Origin: a virus | Lineage: Duplodnaviria; Heunggongvirae; Uroviricota; Caudoviricetes | Virus record (IMG/VR): IMGVR_UViG_2541047923_000007 | Reading direction: 5' to 3' (one strand) | Length of the DNA: 47,041 nucleotides | Part shown: positions 33,864 to 42,930 of the stretch, in pieces | Layout: each line of letters opens with the position of its first letter | Numbering within the stretch: the stretch's first letter is position 1 | Program-made: the position numbers and the translations under genes | Notes under the pieces: model-generated | Seen by the model: the letters and a program-made list of their open reading frames with translations, nothing else | Databases searched by the model: none | Told to the model about the DNA's origin: nothing

Positions 33864-34952
33864 TTACCCAAGCACGCCAGTTGCAAAGGCGTGATCAAGA
33901 AAACGAAAAATTAAATCAACCTGAGAACCATGCTTTTCTTCGAACGCCAGAGGATCCGCATGAAGCTCGTTGTGATGCTCCCGACACAGCGGTAGCGTGA
34001 AAATATCGTGAGATTTTGTCCCCATTCCGCCCTGACCATGACCAATCAGGTGATGGGGATCGTCGGCTGGCTTACCACAACACGCACACGGCTGTGTCTT
34101 CACCCAGCGTTTGTATTTCTCGTTAACCCAGCGGCGACGTTTAGGTCGTTTCATGAAAGATTCCGGAGACTCAGGATCAACGGCAATGCTGACCACCGTC
34201 TTTTCCTGTGGTGGGTTCTGTTGCTGGTGGGCGTGAGGCAGCGGCGCAAGATTTTTTGTGCGCTGTTTCAGTATGCTGGTGGCGGTCTGCTCTCCCGGTA
34301 CGATGTCGCTTTCGCGGTACACCGAGCAGATTTTTTCCGCTGGTAATCCCAGCGAACGACGCGATACAGCCTCAGGTAGTGCATCCACCACCTGATTGCA
34401 GACCGCCCACCAGGATAATTCAGCCAAAGATAATTCCCGCTCCTGCGTACCGCTTATTGCGTGACGGATGACGTCAATCACCCATGCTGTCAGATTTTGT
34501 TGAGCAAGCAGCTCCAGTGATTCCGATGTCTGGTCACGCAGTTGGTTGTCGCAGTGCCAACACAACACCATTGCGCCGGTACCATAACGGTGAATGACTG
34601 TTTCAGTGTGATGGTAATCTCCATTAGGCCACTGGCAGGATGTAACATGACGTAATAGCCAGTCAGACAATGCGCCAACGCCGCCAGCAGCACGAATCAC
34701 CCGTTCGTTACTAAAAAACGGCAGCAATGTTTTGTCTTCCGCCAGCGGCTGGCCAACGGCAGGAACGACTCCGGATGGCAGATTACGCATGCTTTTTGGT
34801 TCCGGTTCCACCAGCACTCGAGGATTATGAAATATCTGTATGGATTCACGGCCCGGCTTAAGGACCACCAGCCCAAGCTCAGGCACCAGAACAGGTCTAA
34901 GTAATACCCGCACGTTACCTCCAGATCCGTTGCTGGAAAGTGCGGGACGCAC
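33864..34952 (-). CDS. DUF968 protein (YdfU-like) with HNH-like Cys/His motif
   Basis: 362 aa; C-terminal CACCGK...HHLIGHGQGGMGTKSHD...CREHHNELH; GTG start. Confidence 0.65.
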   Translation of the reverse strand: MRPALSSNGSGGNVRVLLRPVLVPELGLVVLKPGRESIQIFHNPRVLVEPEPKSMRNLPSGVVPAVGQPLAEDKTLLPFFSNERVIRAAGGVGALSDWLLRHVTSCQWPNGDYHHTETVIHRYGTGAMVLCWHCDNQLRDQTSESLELLAQQNLTAWVIDVIRHAISGTQERELSLAELSWWAVCNQVVDALPEAVSRRSLGLPAEKICSVYRESDIVPGEQTATSILKQRTKNLAPLPHAHQQQNPPQEKTVVSIAVDPESPESFMKRPKRRRWVNEKYKRWVKTQPCACCGKPADDPHHLIGHGQGGMGTKSHDIFTLPLCREHHNELHADPLAFEEKHGSQVDLIFRFLDHAFATGVLG

Positions 34953-35193
34953 GTGGTGGGCGTTCGGAGTAAGGCAATCTGACTGAGATTATCCAGTGAC
35001 GGTAGTCGAGACTAAGGGCTTTCTTAACCTCGTATCCGCGCCTGCGGTAACACTGAATTATCCATTCAGCCTGCTCTTCAGTGCATGGAGGGTGTTGGAA
35101 CCATTCAGACTTGAATGCGTGAGAATACCGCTCGTGCGTGCAGGCAAGAACGGGCGAATTATCAGAATTGTAATATTTTACGTTGCGTGCCAT
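34915..35193 (-). CDS. Rem-like small prophage protein
   Basis: 92 aa with GGAGA Shine-Dalgarno; sits between ydfU and hokD as rem does in Qin. Confidence 0.5.
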   Translation of the reverse strand: MARNVKYYNSDNSPVLACTHERYSHAFKSEWFQHPPCTEEQAEWIIQCYRRRGYEVKKALSLDYRHWIISVRLPYSERPPRASRTFQQRIWR

Positions 35194-35259
35194 CGGTTTT
35201 CTCCGGTGGCACGGTGTTACTCAGCGGGAGTTCAGCCCCGCGCAAGATTGTAGATGAGT

Positions 35260-35511
35260 TTATTCTTCTGCAAAAGCTGAAAAGCCTGCTTTTATTCCGA
35301 TCTCTTTCAGTGCCTGTAATGAAGTGACAAACTCACCTTCGCGCAAGATAAATCCGTCTGTCACTCGACCATCCACAAAATTAATTAACGCAGCCCCATT
35401 CTTTCGCAAACACATAATGCGGTAATGACTAACAAGATTTCCATTTTCAACGCACACCGCATAGAGGCCATCTTCACAAAAAATTTTACGCAGTTCTTCG
35501 ATGTTCATCAT
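35260..35511 (-). CDS. Hypothetical protein (83 aa)
   Basis: ATGATG start with AAGGA Shine-Dalgarno; downstream of the hok terminator, so its own transcription unit. Confidence 0.5.
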   Translation of the reverse strand: MMNIEELRKIFCEDGLYAVCVENGNLVSHYRIMCLRKNGAALINFVDGRVTDGFILREGEFVTSLQALKEIGIKAGFSAFAEE

Positions 35512-35640
35512 CAGAATCCTTCCGGATAATTAGCTCTCCCCTTTAAGGGACCATCCCTCTTATCCCTGCGCGCTACTTAAGTATTTTTGATTCTATTCCG
35601 GCACCGTCCAGAACTTCAAACGCGTTGAAAATAAAAACAA

Positions 35641-35665
35641 AAACCCGCCGAAGCGGGTTAAGTGC
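35641..35665 (-). terminator. Rho-independent terminator of the hok transcript
   Basis: Minus-strand AACCCGC-uucg-GCGGGUU followed by UUUUGUUUUU. Confidence 0.6.
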
Positions 35666-35727
35666 GGGTGCGTTGAGGATGCCTGCCACATCAGAGGTGG
35701 CGAGGGATTTCTCCCTCGCCGGGTCTC

Positions 35728-35883
35728 TTACTCCTCAGGTTCGTAAGCTGTGAAGACAGCGACCTCCGTCTGCCCGGTTCGGATTCGTACCTCGCAGAGG
35801 TCTTTCCTCGTTACCAGTGCCGTCACTATGACGGTTAAACAGATGACGATCAGGGCGATTAACATCGCCTTTTGCTGCTTCAT
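35728..35883 (-). CDS. hokD: Hok-family type I toxin
   Basis: 51 aa MKQQKAMLIALIVICLTVIVTALVTRKDLCEVRIRTGQTEVAVFTAYEPEE matches remembered HokD; overlapping upstream mok-like frame extends to 35940. Confidence 0.85.
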   Translation of the reverse strand: MKQQKAMLIALIVICLTVIVTALVTRKDLCEVRIRTGQTEVAVFTAYEPEE

Positions 35884-36119
35884 AGCCTGCTTCTCCTTGC
35901 CTTTCGGCACGTAAGAGGCTAACCTACATGTGTCTAGCATGAAATTGGCCTCAGATTAATGTTAAGCGTCTTGCAGGACGCGTAATGTTAACTGGGGCTT
36001 TTCTCTATCTGCCGTTGGTGTTCATGCCCGAGGCAGATAGCCTCAAGCACCCGCAGCAATTTTACTTAACTCCCGCTACCTCGCCAATATGAAATCAATA
36101 AGAAAGGTGCTCCATAAAA

Positions 36120-36806
36120 TCACTCCTTCTCTTCTTTACCGTAGTGGAGTTGACCAATTTTGATAAGAGGGCGTCCCTGAGATTTGCGGTGTAGATTGGT
36201 ATCGCGCAGAGAATACACACAGCCACAATATTCCTGCTGATAGAATTTTTCGCGCTTGCTGATTTCAATCATGCGGGACGAGCCGCCCTGCTTGCGCCAG
36301 TTATAATCCCAGTACACCATGCCCGGATAATGCGCGACGGCTCGCCGCCCACAGTCGTTAACCTGCTGCATATTTTTCCAGCGTGAAATGCCCAGTGAAC
36401 TGCTGATCACACTGAAACCATTTTCAGCAGCGTACAGCGCTGTCCGCTCAAAACGCATGTCAAAACACATGGTACAACGGATCCCCCTCTCGGGCTCCCA
36501 TTCCATTCCTTTGGCACGTTCAAACCAGTTGTCTGTGTCGTAATCAGCATCAATAAATGGCACGCCGTGTTGTTCAGCAAAGCGAATATTCTCATCCTTA
36601 CGAATTAAATACTCTTTCTGAGGATGAATGTTCGGGTTGTAGAAAAAGATGGTATAGTCGATTCCCGAGGCCTGAAGCGCCTCCATCACTTCACCGGAAC
36701 ATGGAGCACAGCAAGAGTGCAGTAGTAGTTTGTTTGCCCCGTTTGGGAGCTCCAATTTAGGCCGTTTGAAATCAGCAATAGTCATAAATATTTTTATTGG
36801 GGTCAT
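36120..36806 (-). CDS. DUF208 protein, epoxyqueuosine reductase QueH-like
   Basis: 228 aa with N-terminal [11 protein letters not shown] and C-terminal [11 protein letters not shown] cysteine motifs, as remembered for the QueH family. Confidence 0.5.
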   Translation of the reverse strand: MTPIKIFMTIADFKRPKLELPNGANKLLLHSCCAPCSGEVMEALQASGIDYTIFFYNPNIHPQKEYLIRKDENIRFAEQHGVPFIDADYDTDNWFERAKGMEWEPERGIRCTMCFDMRFERTALYAAENGFSVISSSLGISRWKNMQQVNDCGRRAVAHYPGMVYWDYNWRKQGGSSRMIEISKREKFYQQEYCGCVYSLRDTNLHRKSQGRPLIKIGQLHYGKEEKE

Positions 36807-36969
36807 GAAAATAGCACAGAGTGTAGCATCAGAGCAGGGCTATCGGGAATAGATGTCTAAATCTGGTAATATCTGCTTTTGACACAAAGCAGACAACCAC
36901 GCTAGCTCAATCCTGTGCCGTGAAAATGTCAATTCACATCTGAACTAATGCTCTTTAATCGAGTAACGT

Positions 36970-37386
36970 CTATAAATAACGAAAATTTCTCTGATAAAAT
37001 GCCAGTATGCGCTGCATAACTTCGCTCTTCCGGCACTCACAGCAAATTATGTTTTGGTGCCTGTCATAACGACGTATTTCTCCGTCAGGTAATGACCAGA
37101 TAAGGTCCGGATCAACCACAGATGGTTTCTTCACCTTTGCCCTAGATAGTTTTTTGCGGGCATTTTGCCAGTCCTTACGAGCCTGTTCAGACGGGAATAA
37201 CCCGTAGCCAGAGTTGTATACATCGCCACTGGCAACCAGCTCTCTGGCGAGAACGCTCATCAGATATCTTGTCGCACCTGTCTTGGCTTCCAGTTGCCGT
37301 AACGTCTCGCGCCCACTCCGGCGTACTAGCTCAACAACCTGTCCCTTGATTTTTTCCCGCTCTTCTTGTGTAAATACTTTTGCCAT
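36970..37386 (-). CDS. Hypothetical protein
   Basis: ATG at 37384-37386 with GGAGG Shine-Dalgarno; basic C-terminus with a CCEC motif. Confidence 0.5.
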   Translation of the reverse strand: MAKVFTQEEREKIKGQVVELVRRSGRETLRQLEAKTGATRYLMSVLARELVASGDVYNSGYGLFPSEQARKDWQNARKKLSRAKVKKPSVVDPDLIWSLPDGEIRRYDRHQNIICCECRKSEVMQRILAFYQRNFRYL

Positions 37387-37401
37387 AAGCGCCTCCGGCA
37401 A

Positions 37402-38115
37402 TCACTTTTCCGATGCAACACAGCGAGAAGAATCAGTAATCTGTCGAACAATATCCCGGTACTTGTTCAGCTCCCGCAGCGCGGCGCAGACACGCTCCCA
37501 CTTCTGGACATGATTTTTCGCCCGGCGCAGCTCACGGTTTGCCATGTGCAGCGACTGCACAATGTCCGCCACAGTTTCTGTTTTAATATCTTCCTGTGTT
37601 GCATCTTTCTGTACCGGCAACGCAACACCTGCTGGCTGAGGAAAGGCTTTAAAATCAGTTTCCGTTACCGATGCAGCTTTCGGCTCTGCTGGTAAATTAT
37701 TGCCCGGTATGCAGTAACGAAATTTACCGTTCTGATTTACGCGAATCAGGCGTCCTTTGCTGATTGCCATTGCCAGCGTTGAAGCAATTTTGCGGGATGT
37801 GGTACCGAACAGCGTAGCCAGTTCATCCGCCGTTTGTGGTCCGCGTTGTTCAATCGTCGCGGTTAAATCGCACTCTGAGATTTTCGCTACTGTTGCCGTG
37901 GTGGTTTCTTCCGGCAGTTCTGCCTGCATTGGCTGTTCCTGCTGAACGTTGTTATCAGCCACACGCCAGGTGTACGCGCTTTTATCAACGAAACCAGCTT
38001 TTTTCAGTTCCCATAGTTCGTTCAACACTTCTTCACGACTGATATCAAGTCGCGCAGCAAGTTCTATGGATGTGGCTTTTCCCATTGCTTTCAGTGCGTC
38101 AAAAACAGTCTCCAT
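37402..38115 (-). CDS. Hypothetical protein with winged-helix-like domains
   Basis: ATG at 38113-38115 with GGGAGGA Shine-Dalgarno; HTH-like segments ([29 protein letters not shown]). Confidence 0.5.
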   Translation of the reverse strand: METVFDALKAMGKATSIELAARLDISREEVLNELWELKKAGFVDKSAYTWRVADNNVQQEQPMQAELPEETTTATVAKISECDLTATIEQRGPQTADELATLFGTTSRKIASTLAMAISKGRLIRVNQNGKFRYCIPGNNLPAEPKAASVTETDFKAFPQPAGVALPVQKDATQEDIKTETVADIVQSLHMANRELRRAKNHVQKWERVCAALRELNKYRDIVRQITDSSRCVASEK

Positions 38116-38137
38116 TAAAATTTCCTCCCGATAAAAA

Positions 38138-38884
38138 TTACTTCGCAGTTCCTGGCTGGACGACATTTGGACGCCAGCTCTCCCAGTTAAAATTCACCCA
38201 TCGCCCGCCGTTCATGGTCATGCGATCCATAATCCGCTCGCCGAGCAATGTTTTCATGGCCTCATAGTTCAGGTTTGTCAGCATTCCCACGCTACGCATC
38301 GACGCTGTCCGTCGATCAATAATCTGGTGCAGTACCACCTGCTCGTTTTTCGTCTCGCGCTGAATGCCAATTTCATCAAGAACCAGCAGATCCACTTCGC
38401 ACAGTTCCCGCAAAAATTTTTCGCCTGACTGCCCATCGTCATAGCTGGCGTGGAGGGCACTCATAACATCAGCCACGGTAACCACAATCACTGTCTGACC
38501 GTCTTTCAGCAGGCGATTCCCGATAGCTGCTGCTAAGTGGTTCTTCCCGGTACCAGGTTTTCCGCTAAACGCGAAATTTGTGCATCCGGTAACCAGTTCG
38601 TCAGCGATAGATTTTGCCTGACTCAACGCGTATCGCTGGCCGTCGTTCTGCACCTGGTAATTCACAAACGAGCATTTACGGTGCAACGGCTGGATGCCTG
38701 AGCGATTCAGAATTTTTTCCACCCGCAACTGGCGATTCAGGCGGTTGATCTCCTCGCTACGTTTCTGGCCTTCAGCAAGTTGCCACTCGCGCCACTCCGC
38801 TACCGTTCTGAATGGGGCGGTTACATGTGGCGGGGTCAGTCGGCGGATGCGTTCCAGAACGCCGCCTGTCGCAATATTTTTCAT
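38138..38884 (-). CDS. DnaC-like replication ATPase (helicase loader, YdaV-like)
   Basis: 248 aa; Walker [12 protein letters not shown], Walker B LLVLDEIG. Confidence 0.85.
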   Translation of the reverse strand: MKNIATGGVLERIRRLTPPHVTAPFRTVAEWREWQLAEGQKRSEEINRLNRQLRVEKILNRSGIQPLHRKCSFVNYQVQNDGQRYALSQAKSIADELVTGCTNFAFSGKPGTGKNHLAAAIGNRLLKDGQTVIVVTVADVMSALHASYDDGQSGEKFLRELCEVDLLVLDEIGIQRETKNEQVVLHQIIDRRTASMRSVGMLTNLNYEAMKTLLGERIMDRMTMNGGRWVNFNWESWRPNVVQPGTAK

Positions 38885-38890
38885 GGTTCG

Positions 38891-39697
38891 TTACCCCCTG
38901 AAGCCTGGCGGGATCGCACTGTCCGGCAACGAGACGGTGTTAACCTGTCTGAGCAACGTCTCAGGCCGAACACCTTTCGGCGCGAACAAGCCCTGGTATT
39001 CATTGGCGATGCTATGTCGAATCACCTGCTCAGGGGTAAAACCCTGCTGGCGGAATTTTTCCAGCTCCCGTATCGCCCCGTTAGCGCCCTGCTCCGTTCG
39101 AATCGGTTTACGCAATGCATGGCGAAATTCAACCCACTCACGCCAAAGCGAGACAGAAATCCAGTTCGGCAAAGCAATATCCAGAGGGTCAAACTTTTTG
39201 ACACCTCGATTCCCCCGGGGGGGATTTAGGGGGGGATCTGTTTTTAGATCTTTATCTGTATCTTTATTAGTTGCCTTTGTGTTGACATCATGTTCAAACA
39301 CCACTTCAACATCTGTTTGAACACCTGTTAAATTTCTCTCTTGTTTTGTTTGAACATCTGCTTCCTTTCTGCTTCTTCTGGCCTGAACAGATGCTTTTCC
39401 TGCGGCTGATTTTTTGGTTAATTTTTCCCTGACTGATGCCAGATCTTCCTCAATCCGAAGATGCACCCATTCCTCGCCGTTATCGCAAAAAAACTCCCGC
39501 AAGGATGGTTCAACATCAGCCCATCGCTCGTTAGTCAGACGGGCAATTTTTGCCAGCCTGTTTTTGGGTATTGGCTTTCCTGTTTGCCAGTAATTGAACA
39601 TCAGCAACAAATACGCACCGTGCTCCTCTGCTGACAAATGCATGGTGTCAGCCAGGTAATCAGCTATGTACAGTTGCATGTATGGTAATGCGGCCAT
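38891..39697 (-). CDS. Replication initiation protein (YdaU-like)
   Basis: Start MAALPYMQLYIADYL... with Shine-Dalgarno; position upstream of the DnaC-like gene. Confidence 0.65.
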   Translation of the reverse strand: MAALPYMQLYIADYLADTMHLSAEEHGAYLLLMFNYWQTGKPIPKNRLAKIARLTNERWADVEPSLREFFCDNGEEWVHLRIEEDLASVREKLTKKSAAGKASVQARRSRKEADVQTKQERNLTGVQTDVEVVFEHDVNTKATNKDTDKDLKTDPPLNPPRGNRGVKKFDPLDIALPNWISVSLWREWVEFRHALRKPIRTEQGANGAIRELEKFRQQGFTPEQVIRHSIANEYQGLFAPKGVRPETLLRQVNTVSLPDSAIPPGFRG

Positions 39698-39760
39698 AAT
39701 TGCCCCGTATGATGCTGCCCGGTTGCTTAGAATAAGCACAAACAGCATGAAAACTTTTGC

Positions 39761-40183
39761 TTAATGAACAATGACAGAATCGTCGGAAGACCCGCCACCG
39801 CTGAAATATGCTTTACGGTAAACGGCCTGGACTGCATCATCATGCGCATCAATTGCCGTACTCAACGCTTCCTGCGCCGCCAGTAATGCACGGCGTTCCA
39901 GGGTATCGAAGATGCAGAGTCGGTGACGCAGCTCGCGCGGAAGAATTGCCAGAACCGCAGGGATCAGTTTCTGAATTTTTTCCCTTTGCGCTTTCGTTTC
40001 ACCTTTCAACCAACGGTGATAGATATTCTGCTGATTGTTCCAGTCCTTGCCTGGTACCAGGGGCAATTCGCCGCCCCCCTGGCGCAGATATTCTTCAGTA
40101 ATTGCGTTAGCAACCCACGCCTGCCCTTTTTCGGCTGCTAGGGCTAACAACACTGATTCGATGTGCTCATGCCTGATTTTCAT
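39761..40183 (-). CDS. YdaT-like protein
   Basis: 140 aa, same length and position as Rac ydaT downstream of the Cro-like gene; start overlaps it (ATGA). Confidence 0.55.
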   Translation of the reverse strand: MKIRHEHIESVLLALAAEKGQAWVANAITEEYLRQGGGELPLVPGKDWNNQQNIYHRWLKGETKAQREKIQKLIPAVLAILPRELRHRLCIFDTLERRALLAAQEALSTAIDAHDDAVQAVYRKAYFSGGGSSDDSVIVH

Positions 40184-40422
40184 GAATCAACCGCTCCTAT
40201 GCTGTTTTCGCTATGCTTACCGTCTGGGGGGAATACATCGTCAAGTCCACAATGAGCACCAAGCCGATTAAGGGTGGAAACAATTTTTCTGCACTCCTCT
40301 AGCCCAGGGGTACGAAAATTTGCTTCGTAATTTGCCAGTCGGCTTTGTATCCACCCTAGCTGAACAGCGAGTTGTCTTTGAGACAGACCAAGTTGTTTTC
40401 GATATGTTGAAATTTTGTTCAT
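40180..40422 (-). CDS. Cro/YdaS-like HTH regulator
   Basis: 80 aa with HTH QRQLAVQLGWIQSRLANYE; GGAGG Shine-Dalgarno; divergent from the repressor gene. Confidence 0.75.
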   Translation of the reverse strand: MNKISTYRKQLGLSQRQLAVQLGWIQSRLANYEANFRTPGLEECRKIVSTLNRLGAHCGLDDVFPPDGKHSENSIGAVDS

Positions 40423-40439
40423 TAAAAACCTCCGACGAC

Positions 40440-40510
40440 AATTTTAAACACACCTTGTGTTTTACGGTCAAGCTATTTTGTGTTTTATATAAATCACGAT
40501 TCGTGATACA
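40440..40510. promoter_or_regulatory. Divergent promoter/operator region (OR analogue)
   Basis: Palindrome AAACACA-cct-TGTGTTT at 40446-40462, a further TGTGTTT half-site, and palindrome ATCACGAtTCGTGAT around 40492-40506. Confidence 0.55.
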
Positions 40511-40518
40511 AGGACGAA

Positions 40519-40938
40519 ATGGAAAAAGAAAACGAAAAAATTGCCGCTAGTAGGCTCAATGACAAAATTGCAATGCGTCTTAAAGAGCGCAGGCAGAAGC
40601 TTGGTTTATCTCAAGGAAAACTTGCTGAAATCTGCGGATGGACGCAATCGCGTATAGGTAACTATGAGGCGGGCAGCAGAAATGTTGGAGTGCATGATGC
40701 TGTCGTCCTGGGAAAGGCGCTGGGCATATCTCCTCCTGAGCTCCTCTTTGGGGAAAAAGACTCTTCTGAATTGTGGTTAAATGAATCCCAACGAAAACTT
40801 CTTGAGTTGTTTAACCAGCTACCGGGCTCAGAACAACAACGAATGATTGAGCTATTTGAAGTCCGGCTAAAAGAAATCGACGAGTATGTAGAAAAATATT
40901 TGAGGGGCAGGCTTAAAGATACCCCCCCACCGGAGTAA
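40519..40938 (+). CDS. Prophage repressor, XRE-family HTH (DicA/RacR/CI analogue)
   Basis: 139 aa; HTH LGLSQGKLAEICGWTQSRIGNYE; AAGGA Shine-Dalgarno; divergent from the Cro-like gene. Confidence 0.8.
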   Translation: MEKENEKIAASRLNDKIAMRLKERRQKLGLSQGKLAEICGWTQSRIGNYEAGSRNVGVHDAVVLGKALGISPPELLFGEKDSSELWLNESQRKLLELFNQLPGSEQQRMIELFEVRLKEIDEYVEKYLRGRLKDTPPPE

Positions 40939-40964
40939 TGATCTTGCTATCACAGTAATATGCC

Positions 40965-40996
40965 AATCAGCCCGCTATCAGCGGGCTTTTTTTGTA
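40965..40996 (+). terminator. Rho-independent terminator after the repressor gene
   Basis: AGCCCGC-tatc-AGCGGGCT followed by TTTTTTT. Confidence 0.6.
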
Positions 40997-41024
40997 CCAT
41001 CATCATATGACACGCCACCATAAA

Positions 41025-41063
41025 AACACATTTTGTGTTGGCATGCAAAAACCCTTTGTGTTT
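41025..41063. promoter_or_regulatory. Operator-like sites upstream of the ydfA-dicB operon (OL analogue)
   Basis: AACACA-ttt-TGTGTT palindrome at 41025-41039 and a further TGTGTTT half-site, same half-site as in the 40446 operator. Confidence 0.5.
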
Positions 41064-41240
41064 AATAAGCATATCCAAACAACGCCCCACCGGAGAACGG
41101 CAGGACAATACCTCGAGTTATCCAGCCACTGAACAGGGCTAAGTAGCCAGCCTGAGGCATACGAACATGACGGCAGTTGTTGATTGATACAAAGCGCAGT
41201 AGATAAAACGTTCCGCCACCCGGCGTTAAGGGGAAAAAAG

Positions 41241-41375
41241 ATGGTGCATTACGAAGTAGTTCAGTATTTGATGGATTGTTGCGGTATCACTTACAGCCAG
41301 GCTGTGCAGGCTTTACGTAGCAACGACTGGGATCTCTGGCAAGCAGAAGCCTCTATCCGCAACAACAAGATGTGA
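41241..41375 (+). CDS. YdfA-like small protein
   Basis: ATG at 41241 with GGGGAAAAAAG upstream; first gene of the plus-strand early-left operon as ydfA is in Qin. Confidence 0.5.
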   Translation: MVHYEVVQYLMDCCGITYSQAVQALRSNDWDLWQAEASIRNNKM

Positions 41376-41385
41376 GGTGCGAAAA

Positions 41386-41541
41386 ATGCAAAAAATCGAC
41401 CTCGGCAATAACGAATCCATGGTGTGCGGCGTGTTCCCCAACCAGGATGGAACGTTCACCGCCATGACTTATACCAAAAGCAAAACATTTAAAACCGAAA
41501 CTGGTGCGCGCCGATGGTTGGAGAAGCACACAGTAAGCTAA
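41386..41541 (+). CDS. YdfB-like small protein (51 aa)
   Basis: ATG at 41386 with GAGGTG upstream; MQKIDLGNNESMVCGVFPNQDGTFTAMTYTKSKTFKTETGARRWLEKHTVS; below the ORF-track cutoff. Confidence 0.5.
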   Translation: MQKIDLGNNESMVCGVFPNQDGTFTAMTYTKSKTFKTETGARRWLEKHTVS

Positions 41542-41966
41542 CGATTAAAACGTCTACTCCTGCTGTTCCAGAATAACTTCATAAAATGGGAGTATTTTTC
41601 GGTGACGAGATAATAAGAACAGTTTGCGCTATCACTCTGATGTTGAATGATGCCCTTCCGTTCTAATTTTTTCATAACCGGGTTACGGCAAGGAGAAGTG
41701 ATAATAAGATTTCCTGTTTTAAGGAAATCTTTAAATACAGCGATTTCTTTCTCAGATAAACGAAGCAATACTCGTTGCTCTGGTAGTAATGAATAATGCT
41801 TTTGAATATGTGCTCGCAATCTTGAGAAGGAAATGGCGACCACGAAAGAAAAGGCAAAAACGATAATCTGAAAGAGCCAAGGTATTTCAGTATAAGCATT
41901 GAATGCGACAGTAAACTCTTTCGGTATCAGCCAGAGAGTGAGACCAAAAATGATAATCGTATACAT
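41538..41966 (-). CDS. Two-TM membrane protein, candidate superinfection-exclusion protein
   Basis: AT-rich ORF reading against the surrounding operon; two N-terminal hydrophobic helices then a soluble domain; ATG at 41964-41966. Confidence 0.5.
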   Translation of the reverse strand: MYTIIIFGLTLWLIPKEFTVAFNAYTEIPWLFQIIVFAFSFVVAISFSRLRAHIQKHYSLLPEQRVLLRLSEKEIAVFKDFLKTGNLIITSPCRNPVMKKLERKGIIQHQSDSANCSYYLVTEKYSHFMKLFWNSRSRRFNR

Positions 41967-42234
41967 AAGTCTTTCGATGTGGCTCGTTAGCAAAAAGTTT
42001 CAACAATGGAGTAAATACATCCAACATATCAATAACTCTCAACTGTAAGGGTATTGAAATGTTAACACAAGCTCTCGCTGTAGGGGTATAGCCGAGACCA
42101 CCGAAGCCCGGAGGTGGTGAAATAAAACTGGGCGCAACACGAAGGCGCATTTCCGATATCCATAAAGAGTCGGTCTTGTCTGTTAAATTTAAATGGTGGG
42201 AGTGCGCCTCCGGTTGTAAATAACGACATTGCTG

Positions 42235-42292
42235 TGTGTAGTCTTGGCGGCATCAGTTTTTTCTTGAAGTTCGGCTGATGTCCGCCCTTTTT
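42235..42292 (+). ncRNA. dicF: DicF-like sRNA with intrinsic terminator
   Basis: TGGCGGCATCAGTTTT...CCGCCCTTTTT resembles remembered K-12 DicF; downstream spacer AAAGTGAATTTTGTGATG matches the remembered dicF-dicB intergenic sequence. Confidence 0.5.
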
Positions 42293-42461
42293 AAAGTGAA
42301 TTTTGTGATGCGGTGAATGCGGCTGAGCGCACGCGGAACAGTTAAAACCAAAAACAGTGTTATGGGTGGATTCTCTGTATCCGGCGTTAATTGTTAACTG
42401 GTTAACGTCACCTGGAGGCACCAGGCACCGCATCACAAAATTCATTGTTGAGGACGCGATA

Positions 42462-42650
42462 ATGGAAACGTTATTACCAAACGTTAATACGTCTGAAGGT
42501 TGTTTTGAAATTGGTGTCACTATCAGTAACCCTGTATTTACTGAAGATGCCATTAACAAGAGAAAACACGAACGGAAGCTATTAAATAAAATATGCATTC
42601 TTTCAATGTTGGCCCGTTTACGTCCGATACAAAAAGGATGCTGGCAATGA
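42462..42650 (+). CDS. dicB: Cell division inhibitor DicB
   Basis: 62 aa METLLPNVNTSEGCFEIGVTISNPVFTEDAINKRK... near-identical to remembered K-12 DicB. Confidence 0.9.
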   Translation: METLLPNVNTSEGCFEIGVTISNPVFTEDAINKRKHERKLLNKICILSMLARLRPIQKGCWQ

Positions 42651-42838
42651 ATACAGCATTTGCACTTGTTCTGACAGTTTTTCTTGTTTCCGGAGAGCCA
42701 GTTGATATTGCAGTCAGTGTTCACAGGACAATGCAGGAGTGTGTGACTGCAGCAACCGAACAGAAAATTCCCGGTAACTGTTACCCGGTCGATAAAGTTA
42801 TTCACCAGGATAATAACGAAATCCCGGCAGGTCTTTAA
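42647..42838 (+). CDS. ydfD: YdfD small lytic membrane protein
   Basis: 63 aa MNTAFALVLTVFLVSGEPVDIAVSVHRTMQEC... matches remembered YdfD; start overlaps the dicB stop (ATGA). Confidence 0.85.
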   Translation: MNTAFALVLTVFLVSGEPVDIAVSVHRTMQECVTAATEQKIPGNCYPVDKVIHQDNNEIPAGL

Positions 42839-42930
42839 AACAGTTCCGTAATAAACATCCGATTTCATTCTTATATGCCAGCAATGGCAGGGATTTGTTC
42901 ACCCTTAAATCTGTAATGAGGTAAAACAAA

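Noticed and set aside
38694-39320. 208-aa and 149-aa plus-strand ORFs
   Set aside because: Antisense to the DnaC-like and YdaU-like genes.
42062-42868. 268-aa minus-strand ORF
   Set aside because: Antisense to dicF, dicB and ydfD, which have clear homology; Cys-rich low-complexity translation.
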